From NCBI GenBank assembly GCA_025603075.1, contig MU626404.1:1-49417 (forward strand): a stretch of DNA of 49,417 nt, given 5' to 3'. The translations under genes and the position numbers were made by a program. Positions 24,327 to 37,271 of the stretch are shown piece by piece (position 1 is the first letter of the stretch; each line of letters begins with the position of its first letter). Source of the stretch: Neoconidiobolus thromboides FSU 785. Lineage: Eukaryota; Fungi; Entomophthoromycota. Under the pieces are notes generated by a model, which was not told the DNA's origin, made no database searches, and worked only from the letters and a program-made list of their open reading frames with translations.

Positions 24327-25742
24327 AATAAATTTTTATTCCATTAATTATTGAATGGTATATAATTAAGTTTATTTGATCAAGTTATTATTGAAGATTG
24401 AGTAATTTGGATAAAAACTGATAGTGAAAATGAATTAAGTTTAATATGGGTTGGGTGTAGTTTAAGCCTTACTTTAATCAAGTTTTATTTGATTGGTGGT
24501 TGCTTAAATCATCTTATTGGTTCTTTTTTTCAAAAAATGCCATCATCGGCTTTCAAGTTTTCATTATTTTTAATAATAATTTTATATAATTTTATATAAT
24601 TTTATATTGAATAAGTTCACTTGTTTAATATATTAATAATATTATTTAAGCTATTTTTATTGATAGCATTTTTAATTTCATTTATTAATGCTTGAGTTAC
24701 AATTTATCAATTATTTTTCATGAACTAATGATAAATAAAATGTTTGAGGGCAAAGTGGAAATATTTTAATAAAATACTATTGTTTGAGTTTGAAATTTCT
24801 TCATTAAATAAAAATTAGATTCAAAATTAAAATGATGCATTAATAAAAATCTCTATTCTAACAAAGAAAATAAAAATAAAATATGGGTTTATTCTTTCTT
24901 ATTCTTATTAGCATAATTAAAGTCCATAGTAATAAAATCAAAATATTCATACTATTTTATTAATATTAATATTAATATTAATATTAATATTATTTATATC
25001 ATTATTATCTATAGTGTTATTTATAGTGTTATTTATAATGTTTATTGTTGTTATTGTTACTATCATGTTTATATTATTATTATTATTAATATTAAGTTTT
25101 TCTATTTAAAATTCAATTAAACTCTATCTAGAATAATTAACCCCCGATCTTAACAATATTATAATTTCAATTAAGTGGCTGAACAATAATCAACCCTTTA
25201 TTTTTTCTGTTATCAATTTTTAACCGTAACAATAATAAAAATAGCTCGATTTAACTTGTGGCTTAAAAATCTATTTGGGAGTTTATTTTCTACTTTTATT
25301 TTGCCACTTTTCATCTATTTTTTTTGACTATTTCTCGATAGTAAGAAATATGGCACTTATTTTTAATATCAATAATCAATTGATAAACTAAACTAACTAA
25401 ATCAATCTAAAGTCAATATAACGTAATAATGATTAATTAATTTATAATTGATATGGAAGAGACAGGTGATGCTATCAATTTCTCAAGTGATGGAAATTTC
25501 TAAATGAATAACGTTATTTAATTTAGAGTTTAAATTGTTTTTAATATGAATTCAAACTTCATTTTAAGAAAATCAAACTTCTATTTGAAACTAAATAAAA
25601 AAGTGCAATTAACTAGTATTTTGAAGTTTTATTTTGAATTAATGTAAAAGATAAAGTTATTGGGTTAATTTTTGAAAATATTAATTGAATATTCAATTTC
25701 GATAACTCTTTTATTTGAACATCAATTATGATTTTAACATAT

Positions 25743-25839
25743 GGGGATGTGTTTTTGTGTTTAAGAATTTTATAACAATCTTTCTGTTCAAATAGTGCTT
25801 AAAAGATAGAAAAAGTGATAAAGCCAAAAAAACATCCCC
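25743..25839 (-). mobile_element. MITE copy 8, TSD ATAT/ATAT
   Basis: GGGGATG...CATCCCC. Confidence 0.9.
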
Positions 25840-26433
25840 ATATTCAATTATTATAAATATCAAAATGTAACTATTAGATTAATTTTATTTTAAAAAGAAT
25901 ATTTTTAAATAAATTAAATAAATAAGTTTTTAACGTAGTTAGTTACTAATAATTGTTTTAAAGTTGGCAAAATATTATTAATACTAAATTATTTTTTGTA
26001 TGAGATCTTATGGAATTTTATAAGTTTAGTAATAAATAATATATTAAATTAGAATTAACTTTCGTTTATTTTTAAATTAGATCCTTAGTTTTACAATTTA
26101 TTTATTATTAATATATATATCAATAATTTAAAATAAATAAAGATAAATTGTTAAACTAATAATAAGTTCTTTTTTATATATGAGCAAAAGTAATCAAATT
26201 TGAAATAGTATAAATTTATTTTTATTATTATTACTAAAAACAATAAACAAATATTGAATTATTTTAAATAAAAAAATAATAGCATTATTTAAATTATATT
26301 TAAAAGTTTTATTATTTTTTAAAGTACTTAATTAATTATGTTAAAAAGTATTTTGAATATTATCTATATTAATAAAACAACAGGTCTAAATACTATGTTG
26401 TTTTAGCTTAAAAATGAATCTTAATTATTAAAT

Positions 26434-26525
26434 GAGGATGTGTTTTTTTGTTTAAGAATTTTACTAACAATTTTCCCACTCAAATAGTGCTTAAGAAAAA
26501 GCAATGAAATCAAAAAAACACCCCT
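26434..26525 (-). mobile_element. MITE copy 9, TSD AAAT/AAAT
   Basis: GAGGATG...CACCCCT. Confidence 0.85.
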
Positions 26526-26649
26526 AAATATCTATTTAACTTTCTATACTTATGAGAAAAGAGTAATTTATTAAACTTTGAATGTTTATATATAACGAAT
26601 CGTTTTCTCATTGTATTTTTTCAAAAAAATAACTTTTACGCTATATAAT

Positions 26650-26742
26650 GAGGCTGTTCCTTTTGGCTTTGTCACTTTTTATTAAGCGCTATTTGAACAG
26701 AAACATTGTTAGTAAAATTCTTAAATACAAAAATACATCCCC
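26650..26742 (+). mobile_element. MITE copy 10
   Basis: GAGGCTG...CATCCCC. Confidence 0.85.
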
Positions 26743-27244
26743 ATATTTTAAAATGAATATAAAGTATAATTTGTTAAATATCTTTTAGATTTTAAAGCAA
26801 AAATGTCAGTGCTTTCAAAAATTTAACGAAAACTAATAATTGATTTTTAATATTACAACATAACTATTAAGTTACTATAGATTATAGTAACATATACTTT
26901 GAAATCAAACTATGACTAACAATTAAATAAAAAAGATGTTGGTATTAACTTTAATTCTAAATTTAGTAGATTACATAGTGGCATCTTTGAAGTTGTATAT
27001 TTGAACACCTTGTTTTTGTATTTGACCTTTTCATTTTTTTATAGAACTATATTTAACTTTAATTCGTTAATTTGGAATAATTAACTTTTTAGACCAATTG
27101 AATTCCTTATTATTTAAAACATAGAACATTATTAATGAAATCAATTAAAAGTTAAAATAACTAATCTATTGATTTAGTTTACAATGGGCGGTGAATTATG
27201 TACTATATATACAATGAGTATACCCAGTACATGCCTTACAAATT

Positions 27245-28033
27245 ATGAGTGAGTTAAATTTTATTAAAAGTGAATCTATATCTCCAAAGCAAAAGGAGAG
27301 GGTAGTACTGAGTATGGCACAAAGATTAGAAATTGTAAATCTAGGCGAGCAACATGGATTATCTCATCAAGAGATAGCCACTCAATTTAATGTAGGAAGA
27401 AGTACGGTGACAAAGATACTTCTAAATAAAGAAAAAATTAAAAGGATAAGTAAAGGGGTTTCAAATGATTTAAGGAAAAGAATACGAACTAGTGAATTTG
27501 ATGAGCTTGAAAGAAGGTTAGCAGTTTGGTGTACTAAAGATGCTATTATTAATGATAAAGGCATATTAGAATTAACTTCGGAGCATGACAGCTCTAAAAT
27601 TGAAGAAAAAGCTCAAGAGCTTGCTGTTGAATTAAAATTGTCAAACTTTAGTCCAAATAGTAGATGGTTAGTTAAATTTCGTAGGAAATTTAAACTTGGG
27701 TTTAAGAACATTGTTAAAAGTAAAGAGGATAATAATCAATATGTAAATCAGAACATATATAATCAAATTGAGACTATTGGGTTCCAAAATTCACTCTTGT
27801 TTAATTCTAATTCTTCTGGCTTTAATAATGAATTCTATGACTATAGGAATAATTTGGATTACAGCTCAGTTCTCCTTAACTTTAACAATAACCTTTGGCA
27901 TAATAATTATCGTACTTCTAGTCTTGATGATATTTTTAATTATAGCAACATAAATGATTGCAACTATACTCAACCATATGTGAATGAATTTTATAATTTG
28001 TTCACTGATAATAATGATTTATCAAATTATTGA
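27245..28033 (+). CDS. CENP-B/pogo-type double-HTH DNA-binding protein, paralog 1 (262 aa, Asn-rich tail, no DDE)
   Basis: LSMAQRLEIV..SHQEIATQFNVGRSTVTKI (CENP-B_N/psq HTH); LERRLAVW..KAQELA..F..NSRWLVKFRRKF (Tc5-type HTH). Confidence 0.85.
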   Translation: MSELNFIKSESISPKQKERVVLSMAQRLEIVNLGEQHGLSHQEIATQFNVGRSTVTKILLNKEKIKRISKGVSNDLRKRIRTSEFDELERRLAVWCTKDAIINDKGILELTSEHDSSKIEEKAQELAVELKLSNFSPNSRWLVKFRRKFKLGFKNIVKSKEDNNQYVNQNIYNQIETIGFQNSLLFNSNSSGFNNEFYDYRNNLDYSSVLLNFNNNLWHNNYRTSSLDDIFNYSNINDCNYTQPYVNEFYNLFTDNNDLSNY

Positions 28034-28310
28034 TTTAATTTAATTAGCTATAAAGTTATAAGTCATTATAATAGCCTATTATTAAATTAATACGTAGCAA
28101 GTCTTTTATGTCAATATTTACTTTTTATCTCTGTGCGATTACTTTTTGAGCTTTAGTTACTCTTCGATTTTAATTGAAAACCAACTTTCTGTACATTTCT
28201 ATCACTTTGACCTCTACTTATAAGTATATCTTTAAAATTTCAAGGATATAAACCAACCGAATATTTAAATGAAAATAAATTTAAATACAATAGTTCTAAT
28301 TTCAATAAAT

Positions 28311-28409
28311 GGGGCTGTTTTTTTTTGGCTTCATCACTTTTTCATTCTTTAAGCACTATTTGAGTGAAAAATTCGTTAGTGAAATCCTTAAACATAAAAA
28401 TACATCCTC
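28311..28409 (+). mobile_element. MITE copy 11, TSD AAAT/AAAT
   Basis: GGGGCTG...CATCCTC. Confidence 0.88.
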
Positions 28410-29838
28410 AAATATTGCTTTGGTTTTTAGAATATTATAAAGTAATAATTATTTTAAAAGTAAAACTTCTTCAACTAGTTTGTGACAATACTCTTATGAA
28501 TAATCTTTTATCATCTATATATTAAATGCAGCTATGTGGATCCATTATAACTAAATCTGATACATTATGATAAATTATTTAGTCTTTGGGAATACCAACA
28601 TTTATTGAATTTTATATTTGATATCTTACATAACATTTTGACAACGTATCTACTTTTGACCAAAACAATTTGCTTTTGTATAAACGTCAAGATCCTTTCA
28701 ATGAATCTATTTTACTTATACCACAAAAAATTATATAGTTAAAATTTCAAGTGCTTTTTTTAATTTTATAACTTCCATTCTATTTTATCAATGGAAACCT
28801 ATTAAATATTGACGTTTTAAAACTTAGAATTCCCTTAAAAACTAGAATCCTTTAACAAATAGTCCAAATTAGATTGCTTTGTTACTAATTTAATATAAAC
28901 ATAATATAGATATTTTAATTCTGTATTTGTTAGATACAAAAATAGGAAAAATCTTTATGATTAAACTCATCAAATACAAAATAAAAATGCCCATCTTATG
29001 TTTAAATCAAACCAGTAGTATCTGAATTTTGAATTTTAAGTGTCATTTTCCTTTTTTGATTTAGTAGAATAAGTTATATTAAATGTTTTAAATTATATTA
29101 TATTACTAAAAAATAAAATTTAAATTAACTGAAGCCTAGAATATTAGGATAATATAAAGCTAAATTTAGTAAATTACTTTTTGAATTTTGAAACAATGAC
29201 ATGTTTTATTTCGTAATATAAAATTAATGATTTGGAAAGCATGAGATAAATAGAACTAAATTTAGTAAGTTTTAACCTCATGGTTTTTATACTTATTAAA
29301 GATCTTAGCTATTACTCAGTATCTCAATGATTCTACAGCAATATCAAAGGTAAGCTAGATTGGTTTATAAGATTTCGCCGTTTTCATTCTCAAATGAGCC
29401 CTATAAAATAACTTTAATTAGTTTTTGAACTCTACACTAGAATCATTTCGTGACTCATAAAATTGGCCTTATTGAATTAAAAACTGCGCATTTTTTTAAA
29501 CGCAGCAATTTTGTTTTTTTGAAGCTTATGTAAGAAAAATGAATACTTTTCTTGGAAATATAAACAAAATAGTATGTATATATTTGGGATTTTTATGTAA
29601 TTTAATTATAAAATATTCCCTTAACTGACCTTACATCCCATAATTTTAACAGTGTTTATTTTAGAGTAAAAAAAGTTGACCAAGAATAAAATTCTACTGC
29701 GTAAAATAGGGAACAAAATGAAAAATAGCAAAAATTAAATGATGATATAGTTAAAAGTTCTTACAGTGAGAATGTGGCGTTTTAATAAAAGGTTGATAAA
29801 AAAGTATATAAGCATTAAATTCAACAAAATCTCAACTT

Positions 29839-30834
29839 ATGGCTGAAAGTGAAAATTTTATTGATAAATCTAAAAAAGTGGGGAGGACAACTTTGAGTAT
29901 GAATGAGAAGCTTAAAATTATAGAATTAGCAGGTAAACATACACATCAAGAAATCGCAAATCAATTTAACGTTGGACGTAGTACAGTTACTAAAATTTTA
30001 TCGAAAAAGGATAAAATTATTGATTCAAGCAAGGGTATTTGTATTGATTTGAGAAGAAGAGTTCGGTCCAATAGCTTTGGTGACATTGAGAAAAAAGTAT
30101 TAGAGTGGTGCGCCAAAGATGCAAAATTGGACGATCAAGGAACTTTAACTTTAAACACAAGATATGACAGCGAAAAAATAATTAAAAAAGCAAAAGAAAT
30201 AGCAAACGAGATGAATCAGCAGCATTTTTTTGCAGATAATGTATGGCTAATGAAATTTAGGCGGAGATTTAGGCTCAACTTTGATATTAAAAAGCTTAAT
30301 GATTCTGAGAGCTTTGAAAATAACTCCGAGCCTAGTGTTTGTAACCAAAACCAAACCTCTATGTTTAATGGCGATGAATTTAATTATGATAGTAATGGTA
30401 ATTGGTTTGAGGCAAACGACATGGGGCTTGACTTTTTATATAACCACAATAATGCAGTTTATAACAATTTATTGAATCACGTTCAAAGTAATGTAAGTAA
30501 TATTAATATTCAGGATAATGAACTTGGCCTAAATTCGTATAGCTATAGTAATCAATGCCTTGAAAATAATGCTAAAAGCCCATATATAATGGACTCGGCT
30601 ATCCCATCCCCATTTTTAACTCCCTTGAGTCAATCTTCGCAAAGCATTGAAAGCTTTTTACTTCAACAAAACGACCTTTATGCTTTAGATGGTTTTAATC
30701 CAATGGGCAACGATAATGAGTTCAATCAATCAACATCATCTAATACCCTTTTTCCTTACCCTATATCCTTTTCTACTAACCAACTAAATCCCAAACCAGA
30801 AGATTGGACTTCAAACCAACATAATAATCTGTAA
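29839..30834 (+). CDS. CENP-B/pogo-type double-HTH protein, paralog 2 (331 aa, N/S/Q-rich acidic tail)
   Basis: LSMNEKLKII..HQEIANQFNVGRSTVTKI; IEKKVLEW..KAKEIA..FFADNVWLMKFRRRF. Confidence 0.85.
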   Translation: MAESENFIDKSKKVGRTTLSMNEKLKIIELAGKHTHQEIANQFNVGRSTVTKILSKKDKIIDSSKGICIDLRRRVRSNSFGDIEKKVLEWCAKDAKLDDQGTLTLNTRYDSEKIIKKAKEIANEMNQQHFFADNVWLMKFRRRFRLNFDIKKLNDSESFENNSEPSVCNQNQTSMFNGDEFNYDSNGNWFEANDMGLDFLYNHNNAVYNNLLNHVQSNVSNINIQDNELGLNSYSYSNQCLENNAKSPYIMDSAIPSPFLTPLSQSSQSIESFLLQQNDLYALDGFNPMGNDNEFNQSTSSNTLFPYPISFSTNQLNPKPEDWTSNQHNNL

Positions 30835-32413
30835 AATAAGATATAACTATATCTTCCTTAAAAATAATAAAATAATAAAATAATAGTAATATATATATTG
30901 CATTATTATAATGAGTTCTATTATAGCCTTCTGAGCTATGATGAAAACTTTAGTTATCCTTGTTTGAGCTCCATTTTTCGACCCTACCTAAATTGAGTAG
31001 TGTTTCAATACAAAAAGAAACATCTTATAATGTATAAAGGTGAATAAATATGATAGAAAAATCAAACATAACAATCAACTATACAAACAAAGTGGTACCC
31101 TAAAAAAATCTTAACTACTCAATTGCTCTAAGGCTAAAAATTTGGACAAATTTTTTTTGGTCACTTATTCACTTATTAAACTCAATTAAGTCATATAAAG
31201 TTCCTCACTAATATGATGAACTTGTTGAAAAATTTCCAAGTGTAACACTTTAAATGATTTGATTGGGGGATTGAGTTTCAAATTTCTTGAGAAAAATTAA
31301 CTGCAGTACTTAACCTATCTAATTTATTTTGGAATTACTAGTCTATAGACTTTATCTCTTGATAGATATCTTCACATATAAGAAGGTGTTAAATTCGTTA
31401 CAAAACTTGTGAACATATTTAAATCGAGTATTAGTAAAATTAGTAATGGATTCTAATAAAAGGATCATAAGCTATTGGGAATAAAGACGGTAGAATTAAC
31501 TCATATTTATGAATCAGAGTAACATTTAAAGAACTCTTAAGAACAAACTAAATTTCTTTTATTGTAAAAATAGTTTTTCAGCCTAAAAGTATAATTTCAA
31601 AAATGTAATTTCTTAATTTAACCTACTTTCTAATAAGATTCTTAGTTTCATATTAACTATGATTAAAATTAAAATTGAAGTCATTACGATCATTATAGTA
31701 AATATTAGGATAGTTTAGTGAGTTTTGTTAAAAATTTCCAAAATTTGGATTTCATACTACCATATTTCAGTCATAAGTGGTTATTGATGAAATAAAGTGA
31801 TAAATTATATTAAAAATAATGTTTATAAGGGATCCAGTGGGCACAATCTGTTCAAAAAAAGCTTTACGAAAGTTATTGAATAACAATATTGAGCTTTAAG
31901 GATAAATGTTTCACCTGAAACATTAAAGTCCAGAGCATTCATTCTATTTATAATTAGCTAATAAACCTTTATTAAAGTTTAATGACTGAGTTATAGATAT
32001 TTTATAAATATAATGCATTGGTATAGAGTTGAATATTTTCTAAAACTGCTACAATTTAAAAGAAATATATCTTCAACGTAGTTGTTAGTAAAGAATATCT
32101 ATATTTGAATCATTTCAACACACTATACTTATTAGTATATTTTATTCAATTGTATATAACATATTTATATTGATAAACTAATATATAAAATTCATAATTA
32201 TAGCGAGGTTTCACTTTGAGATGTTTTGAATTAATTGTCCATATAATATATTAAAAACTTTGATACATTATGAGAACTTAAAAATGTATATAAATTAAGG
32301 AATACTAAAAGGCATTTAAAACATTCTTTATTCGATAGCTTAAACTTTGACTTTAATTCCCTTGAATAAGGCGTTGTTACCTTGGTGATCAAGTTTTTAC
32401 ACAGAATCTTACA

Positions 32414-33346
32414 ATGACAAAGCGGTTTGCTTTGAGTATATCCCAGAAATTGGAAGTAATAAAATTACACGAAGATGGAATGCTCCACAAAGACATAGCT
32501 AAACATTTCAATGTAGGTAGGAGTACTGTAACAAAGATATTATTAAAAAAGGATGAGATAACACAATTATCCAAGGGAATCCAGATTGATTTAAGGGAAA
32601 AAGTCAGGAAGCATAAGTTTGCTAATATTGAGCAAAAAGTAATGGAATGGTGCTCCTACGATTTAATTAAGAGCCATAAAGGTGATTTGTTATTTCCGTT
32701 AAACTACAATAGCGATAAAATAAAGGAAAAGGCTAAGGAGATTGCGGCTGGAATAGGAGAAAATAATTTTATAGCTGACAATAAGTGGCTAGCTAGGTTT
32801 CGTAGAAGATTTAAATTAAACTTTGTAATCAAAAGAAGGTGTAAAGCCCAGAAGTTTATAGGTAAAGCCAATGGTATTGAGTCTGAACATTTAGGCTATT
32901 GTGGTAGCTTGCCAAATCTCAAAAGTTCATTACTTGATGATTGGAATTATATTTTAGACAATGAAATTTTATTAAATAGTTTAAATTCTAAATTTAGTAA
33001 CAATGTCAACAACGATTCTGTGAGAGCATTTTATAATAAAGACCATAATAAAAACTACAAGCCAGACAACACGATTTTGAACATTAACAGCTCGAATTTT
33101 ATCTCAAGCGGTTCCAATTGTATCCCTTGTCCATATCAAAGCTATACGCCTATCGCGACAAACTCTATAAATGGGTTGCTACTTAATGGAATGCCTTTTT
33201 ATACTGATATCTACCCAAGTATCATTAATAATGTTATTCCATGTCAAAATACATCTTTTTACAAAGTGTCAATTTTTGGAAACTCTTCATTTGATCACAA
33301 CATTATTCAAACTCAAATGAAACTTATGGAGAATTCAATAGTGTAA
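32414..33346 (+). CDS. CENP-B/pogo-type double-HTH protein, paralog 3 (310 aa)
   Basis: LSISQKLEVI..HKDIAKHFNVGRSTVTKI; IEQKVMEW..KAKEIA..FIADNKWLARFRRRF. Confidence 0.85.
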   Translation: MTKRFALSISQKLEVIKLHEDGMLHKDIAKHFNVGRSTVTKILLKKDEITQLSKGIQIDLREKVRKHKFANIEQKVMEWCSYDLIKSHKGDLLFPLNYNSDKIKEKAKEIAAGIGENNFIADNKWLARFRRRFKLNFVIKRRCKAQKFIGKANGIESEHLGYCGSLPNLKSSLLDDWNYILDNEILLNSLNSKFSNNVNNDSVRAFYNKDHNKNYKPDNTILNINSSNFISSGSNCIPCPYQSYTPIATNSINGLLLNGMPFYTDIYPSIINNVIPCQNTSFYKVSIFGNSSFDHNIIQTQMKLMENSIV

Positions 33347-33854
33347 ATCCAATAATTCCATAATTCAAAGATATGATTGCTTGATATAATCAGCTTATTA
33401 TATATTATTTTGGATTAGTACAATATTAGTAAATGTAAATTTAGCCCTAAAGTTTTTTATCCAGAAATTTTGGTTTGTAAATATTAAATAAAAATGTTAT
33501 GTACAGCTTTAGATTTATACTTTTTAATTTTAATATTGCGAAATCTTCTTGACAGGCTCCTAAATAAATAACTTGTTGAATAAATATAATAAACTGGGGG
33601 GTACAACGATTGGTTTAAAGCAAATACTTATAAAGTAAAGAATGAAAATAGGAAAATACAACTTCATTCAAATATCTACCAAGTTTCTCTAGAATAGTAT
33701 AAAAATGGATTTATTTCTTATTTCACTTTTATCACCATTTACTCACACTTTTTAAGCTATGTCACTTCTCGGTAACACGAGAATTTAAGGATATTAAACA
33801 TAATTGTTATAAAAACTCGATTTTTTTGTCCCCTATAACTATCTTAAATTATAT

Positions 33855-33952
33855 GGTGATGTTTTTTTTGATTTCATTATTTTCCCATTTTTTAAGCGCT
33901 ATTTGAGTAGAAAGAGTATTAGTAAAATTCTCAAATACAAAAATACATCCCC
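33855..33952 (+). mobile_element. MITE copy 12, TSD ATAT/ATAT
   Basis: GGTGATG...CATCCCC. Confidence 0.9.
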
Positions 33953-34055
33953 ATATATTAGAAGCTAATCAAAATTGATCTTTATATCTATACAATTCTT
34001 TTGTTAAGTTTTGCTTTTAGTAAAATCATAAGAGACTATAGTAAGAAATAAATAT

Positions 34056-34151
34056 GGGAGTGTTTTTTTGGTTTCATTACTTTTTCTATCTTTTACACTA
34101 TTTAAGCGGAAAAATTGCTAGTAAAATTCTTAAACAAAAAAACACATCCTC
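34056..34151 (+). mobile_element. MITE copy 13, TSD ATAT/ATAT
   Basis: GGGAGTG...CATCCTC. Confidence 0.87.
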
Positions 34152-34554
34152 ATATGTATAATTTCAAATAGTTAAATCAGGTAATCTAATAAAAATTATT
34201 TCAATAAGTACCACTAAAAAACCCTATCTCGTAGAGCATAAAGTATAGCACTCCAAAACAAGCGTTTTGCTGTAAAATGCTAAACAAGTTTCTATAGCTA
34301 CATAATGAGATTTAATAAATTATAAATTTATTATAATAGCCAATTGAAATAAGGCTGACATATTATTGCTATACTAAATTTATTGTAGATAAAAGGAAGG
34401 ATCAATTAAGAATTAATTAAGTAATTCAAAGCATTGAAGTAAATAAGATCATCATAATGGTCTAAATAAAAAATATTTTAATCATCAAGGGTATTTAAAA
34501 AGGTATCGCTATTGGATAGAGAATTCCAATAAGCTCAACCGTAGCTGTTATCGT

Positions 34555-35163
34555 TCAAAAAATATAATCATCAAATTGGATATCTATATCATTATCGATT
34601 TCATTGTAGATTTGATAATCAGTTAGAGAAGGAAGAGTAAAATCATCAGGTACATTGCTTTTAATAATGTTAGTATCTTTGATAGTCAAAGAGCTTAATT
34701 GTTTTTTGGGTATTTTAAATTTTAATTTAAACTTCCTTCGAAGCTTGGATAGCCAAAGGGTATCTGCAATAAAATGAGATTGATTTAGCTCATTTGCTAT
34801 TTTTTGAGCTTTCATAATAATTTTATCACTATCGTAATCTGGAGCTAATTTAAGAAATCCTTGTTCATCTTTTTCTGCGTCCTTGGTGCACCATTCAATT
34901 ACTCTTTTTTCAAGTATGTTGAACTCATTTTTTCTAACACGCTTCCTTAAATCATTTTCAACTCCTTCACTCAATGTAAGTAGTCTTTCTTTATTAGTAA
35001 TGATTTTTGATACTGTACTTCTTCCTATATTAAACATATTTGAAATGTATTGATTTGTGCTTCCAGCTTTGTGTAGTCTTATTATTTCTAGCTTCTGGGT
35101 CATATCCAATACATTCCTTTCTTTATGTTTTAGTTCAGTACCTTGATTGCTAGTATTAGGCAT
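34555..35163 (-). CDS. CENP-B/pogo-type double-HTH protein, paralog 4 (202 aa, short acidic-aromatic tail)
   Basis: LDMTQKLEII..NQYISNMFNIGRSTVSKI; LEKRVIEW..KAQKIA..FIADTLWLSKLRRKF. Confidence 0.85.
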   Translation of the reverse strand: MPNTSNQGTELKHKERNVLDMTQKLEIIRLHKAGSTNQYISNMFNIGRSTVSKIITNKERLLTLSEGVENDLRKRVRKNEFNILEKRVIEWCTKDAEKDEQGFLKLAPDYDSDKIIMKAQKIANELNQSHFIADTLWLSKLRRKFKLKFKIPKKQLSSLTIKDTNIIKSNVPDDFTLPSLTDYQIYNEIDNDIDIQFDDYIF

Positions 35164-35636
35164 TGATTTTATTTTTTTAAATCTATTATTGTTTTAAACT
35201 ATATATATATTAATGGGAGGCTATTTTATAATAGTCAAATGCTCTAATCTTATAATAAAAATTATGAACACATATACTAATAGTATTATATTTGGTATTT
35301 GATATGTTTATAATATTATCTTATGATGCTTCATCCTTTCTGATAACTTCAATTCTTTATTAGAAGCTTCTTTTCTATAAAGAATAATTATAAAAGTTTT
35401 GATTCGCTTATCATTTTGTTTTTTTTGATAAAACTCAATAGCGGTGTAACATAATGAATTGATTATAAGCCACATTTACTATAACTAATCAATATAGTCA
35501 ATCTGTTGAGGACACAGTGACGTTCTCTCAAATTTCGTCATCAGAGCTAATAACAAATATTCAAAACTTTATTTAAATTTGTCTATATTAAATGTAATAT
35601 TTAACATTATTAATTCTAATTGCTTTAGAACGATAT

Positions 35637-35735
35637 GGGGATGTTTTTTTTGGCTTCATTATTTTTTCTATCTTTTAAGCACTATTTGAGTGGAAAAATT
35701 GTTAGTAAAATTCTCAAATACAAAAACACATCTCC
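35637..35735 (+). mobile_element. MITE copy 14, TSD ATAT/ATAT
   Basis: GGGGATG...CATCTCC. Confidence 0.9.
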
Positions 35736-36930
35736 ATATATAGATTTAAATCAATTGTTTAAGCTATTTATAACTAAATGATTATACTATGGTTGCTATA
35801 AAAAATGCTCTTGTATAGTAGTGATAATTATTGCCATAAGAGCAAAAACATATATACAAATTCTGATATTCTTGAACATTAAATCAAAAGGATATCAGAA
35901 ATAATTAAATATCAACAATTATTTTGAATTTACATTGTTACCATGAAAAGCTGATATTCTATACTACCAGAAAAATTAATACTTCTAGCCAATCAAATAT
36001 AAAGAACTACTATTAGGTCAAAACTCGAATTTATTGATTTTATAGTTTCTATAAAGAAAACTAGTGATCAAAAATGATACTTTTTATAATATAAAAAAGG
36101 TAAAATAGTCATTTGTTTTAAAATAGGACCACTTTAAACTATAGAAATTAGCGAGAGGGGCAGAAGAATTAAGCTCAAAGCCAAAGTCTATCTCGTATTT
36201 CTATAGTAACATGTCTACGAATTTTGCGTTCTCTTCTTCAAATGGCAAACCTGTAGCTCAAGTTAAAACCCGAGTTAAAAATATGGAATATTCTTTTTTG
36301 AAGAAGTGTATAATACATGGGAAATATAGCCGTTGTTTGTTTATTGGGAAATTACAAGGACTGGAAAAAAGAATGCGAAAGAAAAAATAAATGAATTTAT
36401 TTGGAACTATTGTGCTCAAGACAATGCAAATTAATTTGTAATAAACATAAGGTTAAATGGATGTACCAGCCCTAAAAGGTTTATCTTCGAACAAATAACT
36501 CATAAGGCTGAAAAGTATAGTATTAGTGGCCACAACTGACTTCTAGCTTTGATCTGGATTCAAATTACAATCTAGTTGGTTTAAGTTAATCTGAGCCTAC
36601 AAAACAATTTAGTATCTATATGTAATACTTGAGACATATGCTTACAAATTCAAGCTCAACAATACTCAAGTTTATGAAAGAACTTAAATAGTTGCCTAAT
36701 TAACTTAAATAAGATGTATATTAATTTTTTTTCAAAGTTTATATGAAAAAAGTTCTAATCCAATAAATATATGTTAGTGTTTTTTAATACAACTAGTAAA
36801 CTTATATATATGAATTACATATACAATATTTAATAGAACTTTCCATAAGCAAAAAATGTTATAGGTTTTTGTATTTAATCAAATGTTTCAAAAATCTTTG
36901 TGCTAGATTTAAGATAAATATTAAGGCTGT

Positions 36931-37027
36931 GAGGATGTATTTTTATGTTCAAGAATTTTACTAACAAATTTTCCACTCAAATAGCGCTTAAAAAACGGGA
37001 AAATAATGAAACCAAAAAAACAGCCCC
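36931..37027 (-). mobile_element. MITE copy 15, TSD CTGT/CTGT
   Basis: CTGT|GAGGATG...CAGCCCC|CTGT. Confidence 0.9.
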
Positions 37028-37271
37028 CTGTAATATAAAAGTTCGATGATAAAATTATTATCGTTCTGTTTTGGAAATTTAGCATTAATCAAAATTTTTA
37101 TTAATTTAATACTTATGGGCAATACTTTTGTTATAATATAGCGTTAGACTCTGTCAATGGTAATTAGAGTTGGTTTCATGAATCTATATCTCGCAATTAC
37201 TGATGTTTAGTGATTCCTTCAACACTACTATAAATAATCTCCATAAAATGAAATAATTTATGACTAAATGG

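Noticed and set aside
27184-35222. Shared AATGGG(C/A)GG motif near the TATA regions of paralogs 1 and 4
   Set aside because: Only two instances, one mismatch, opposite orientation relative to the genes, and not seen at the other four.
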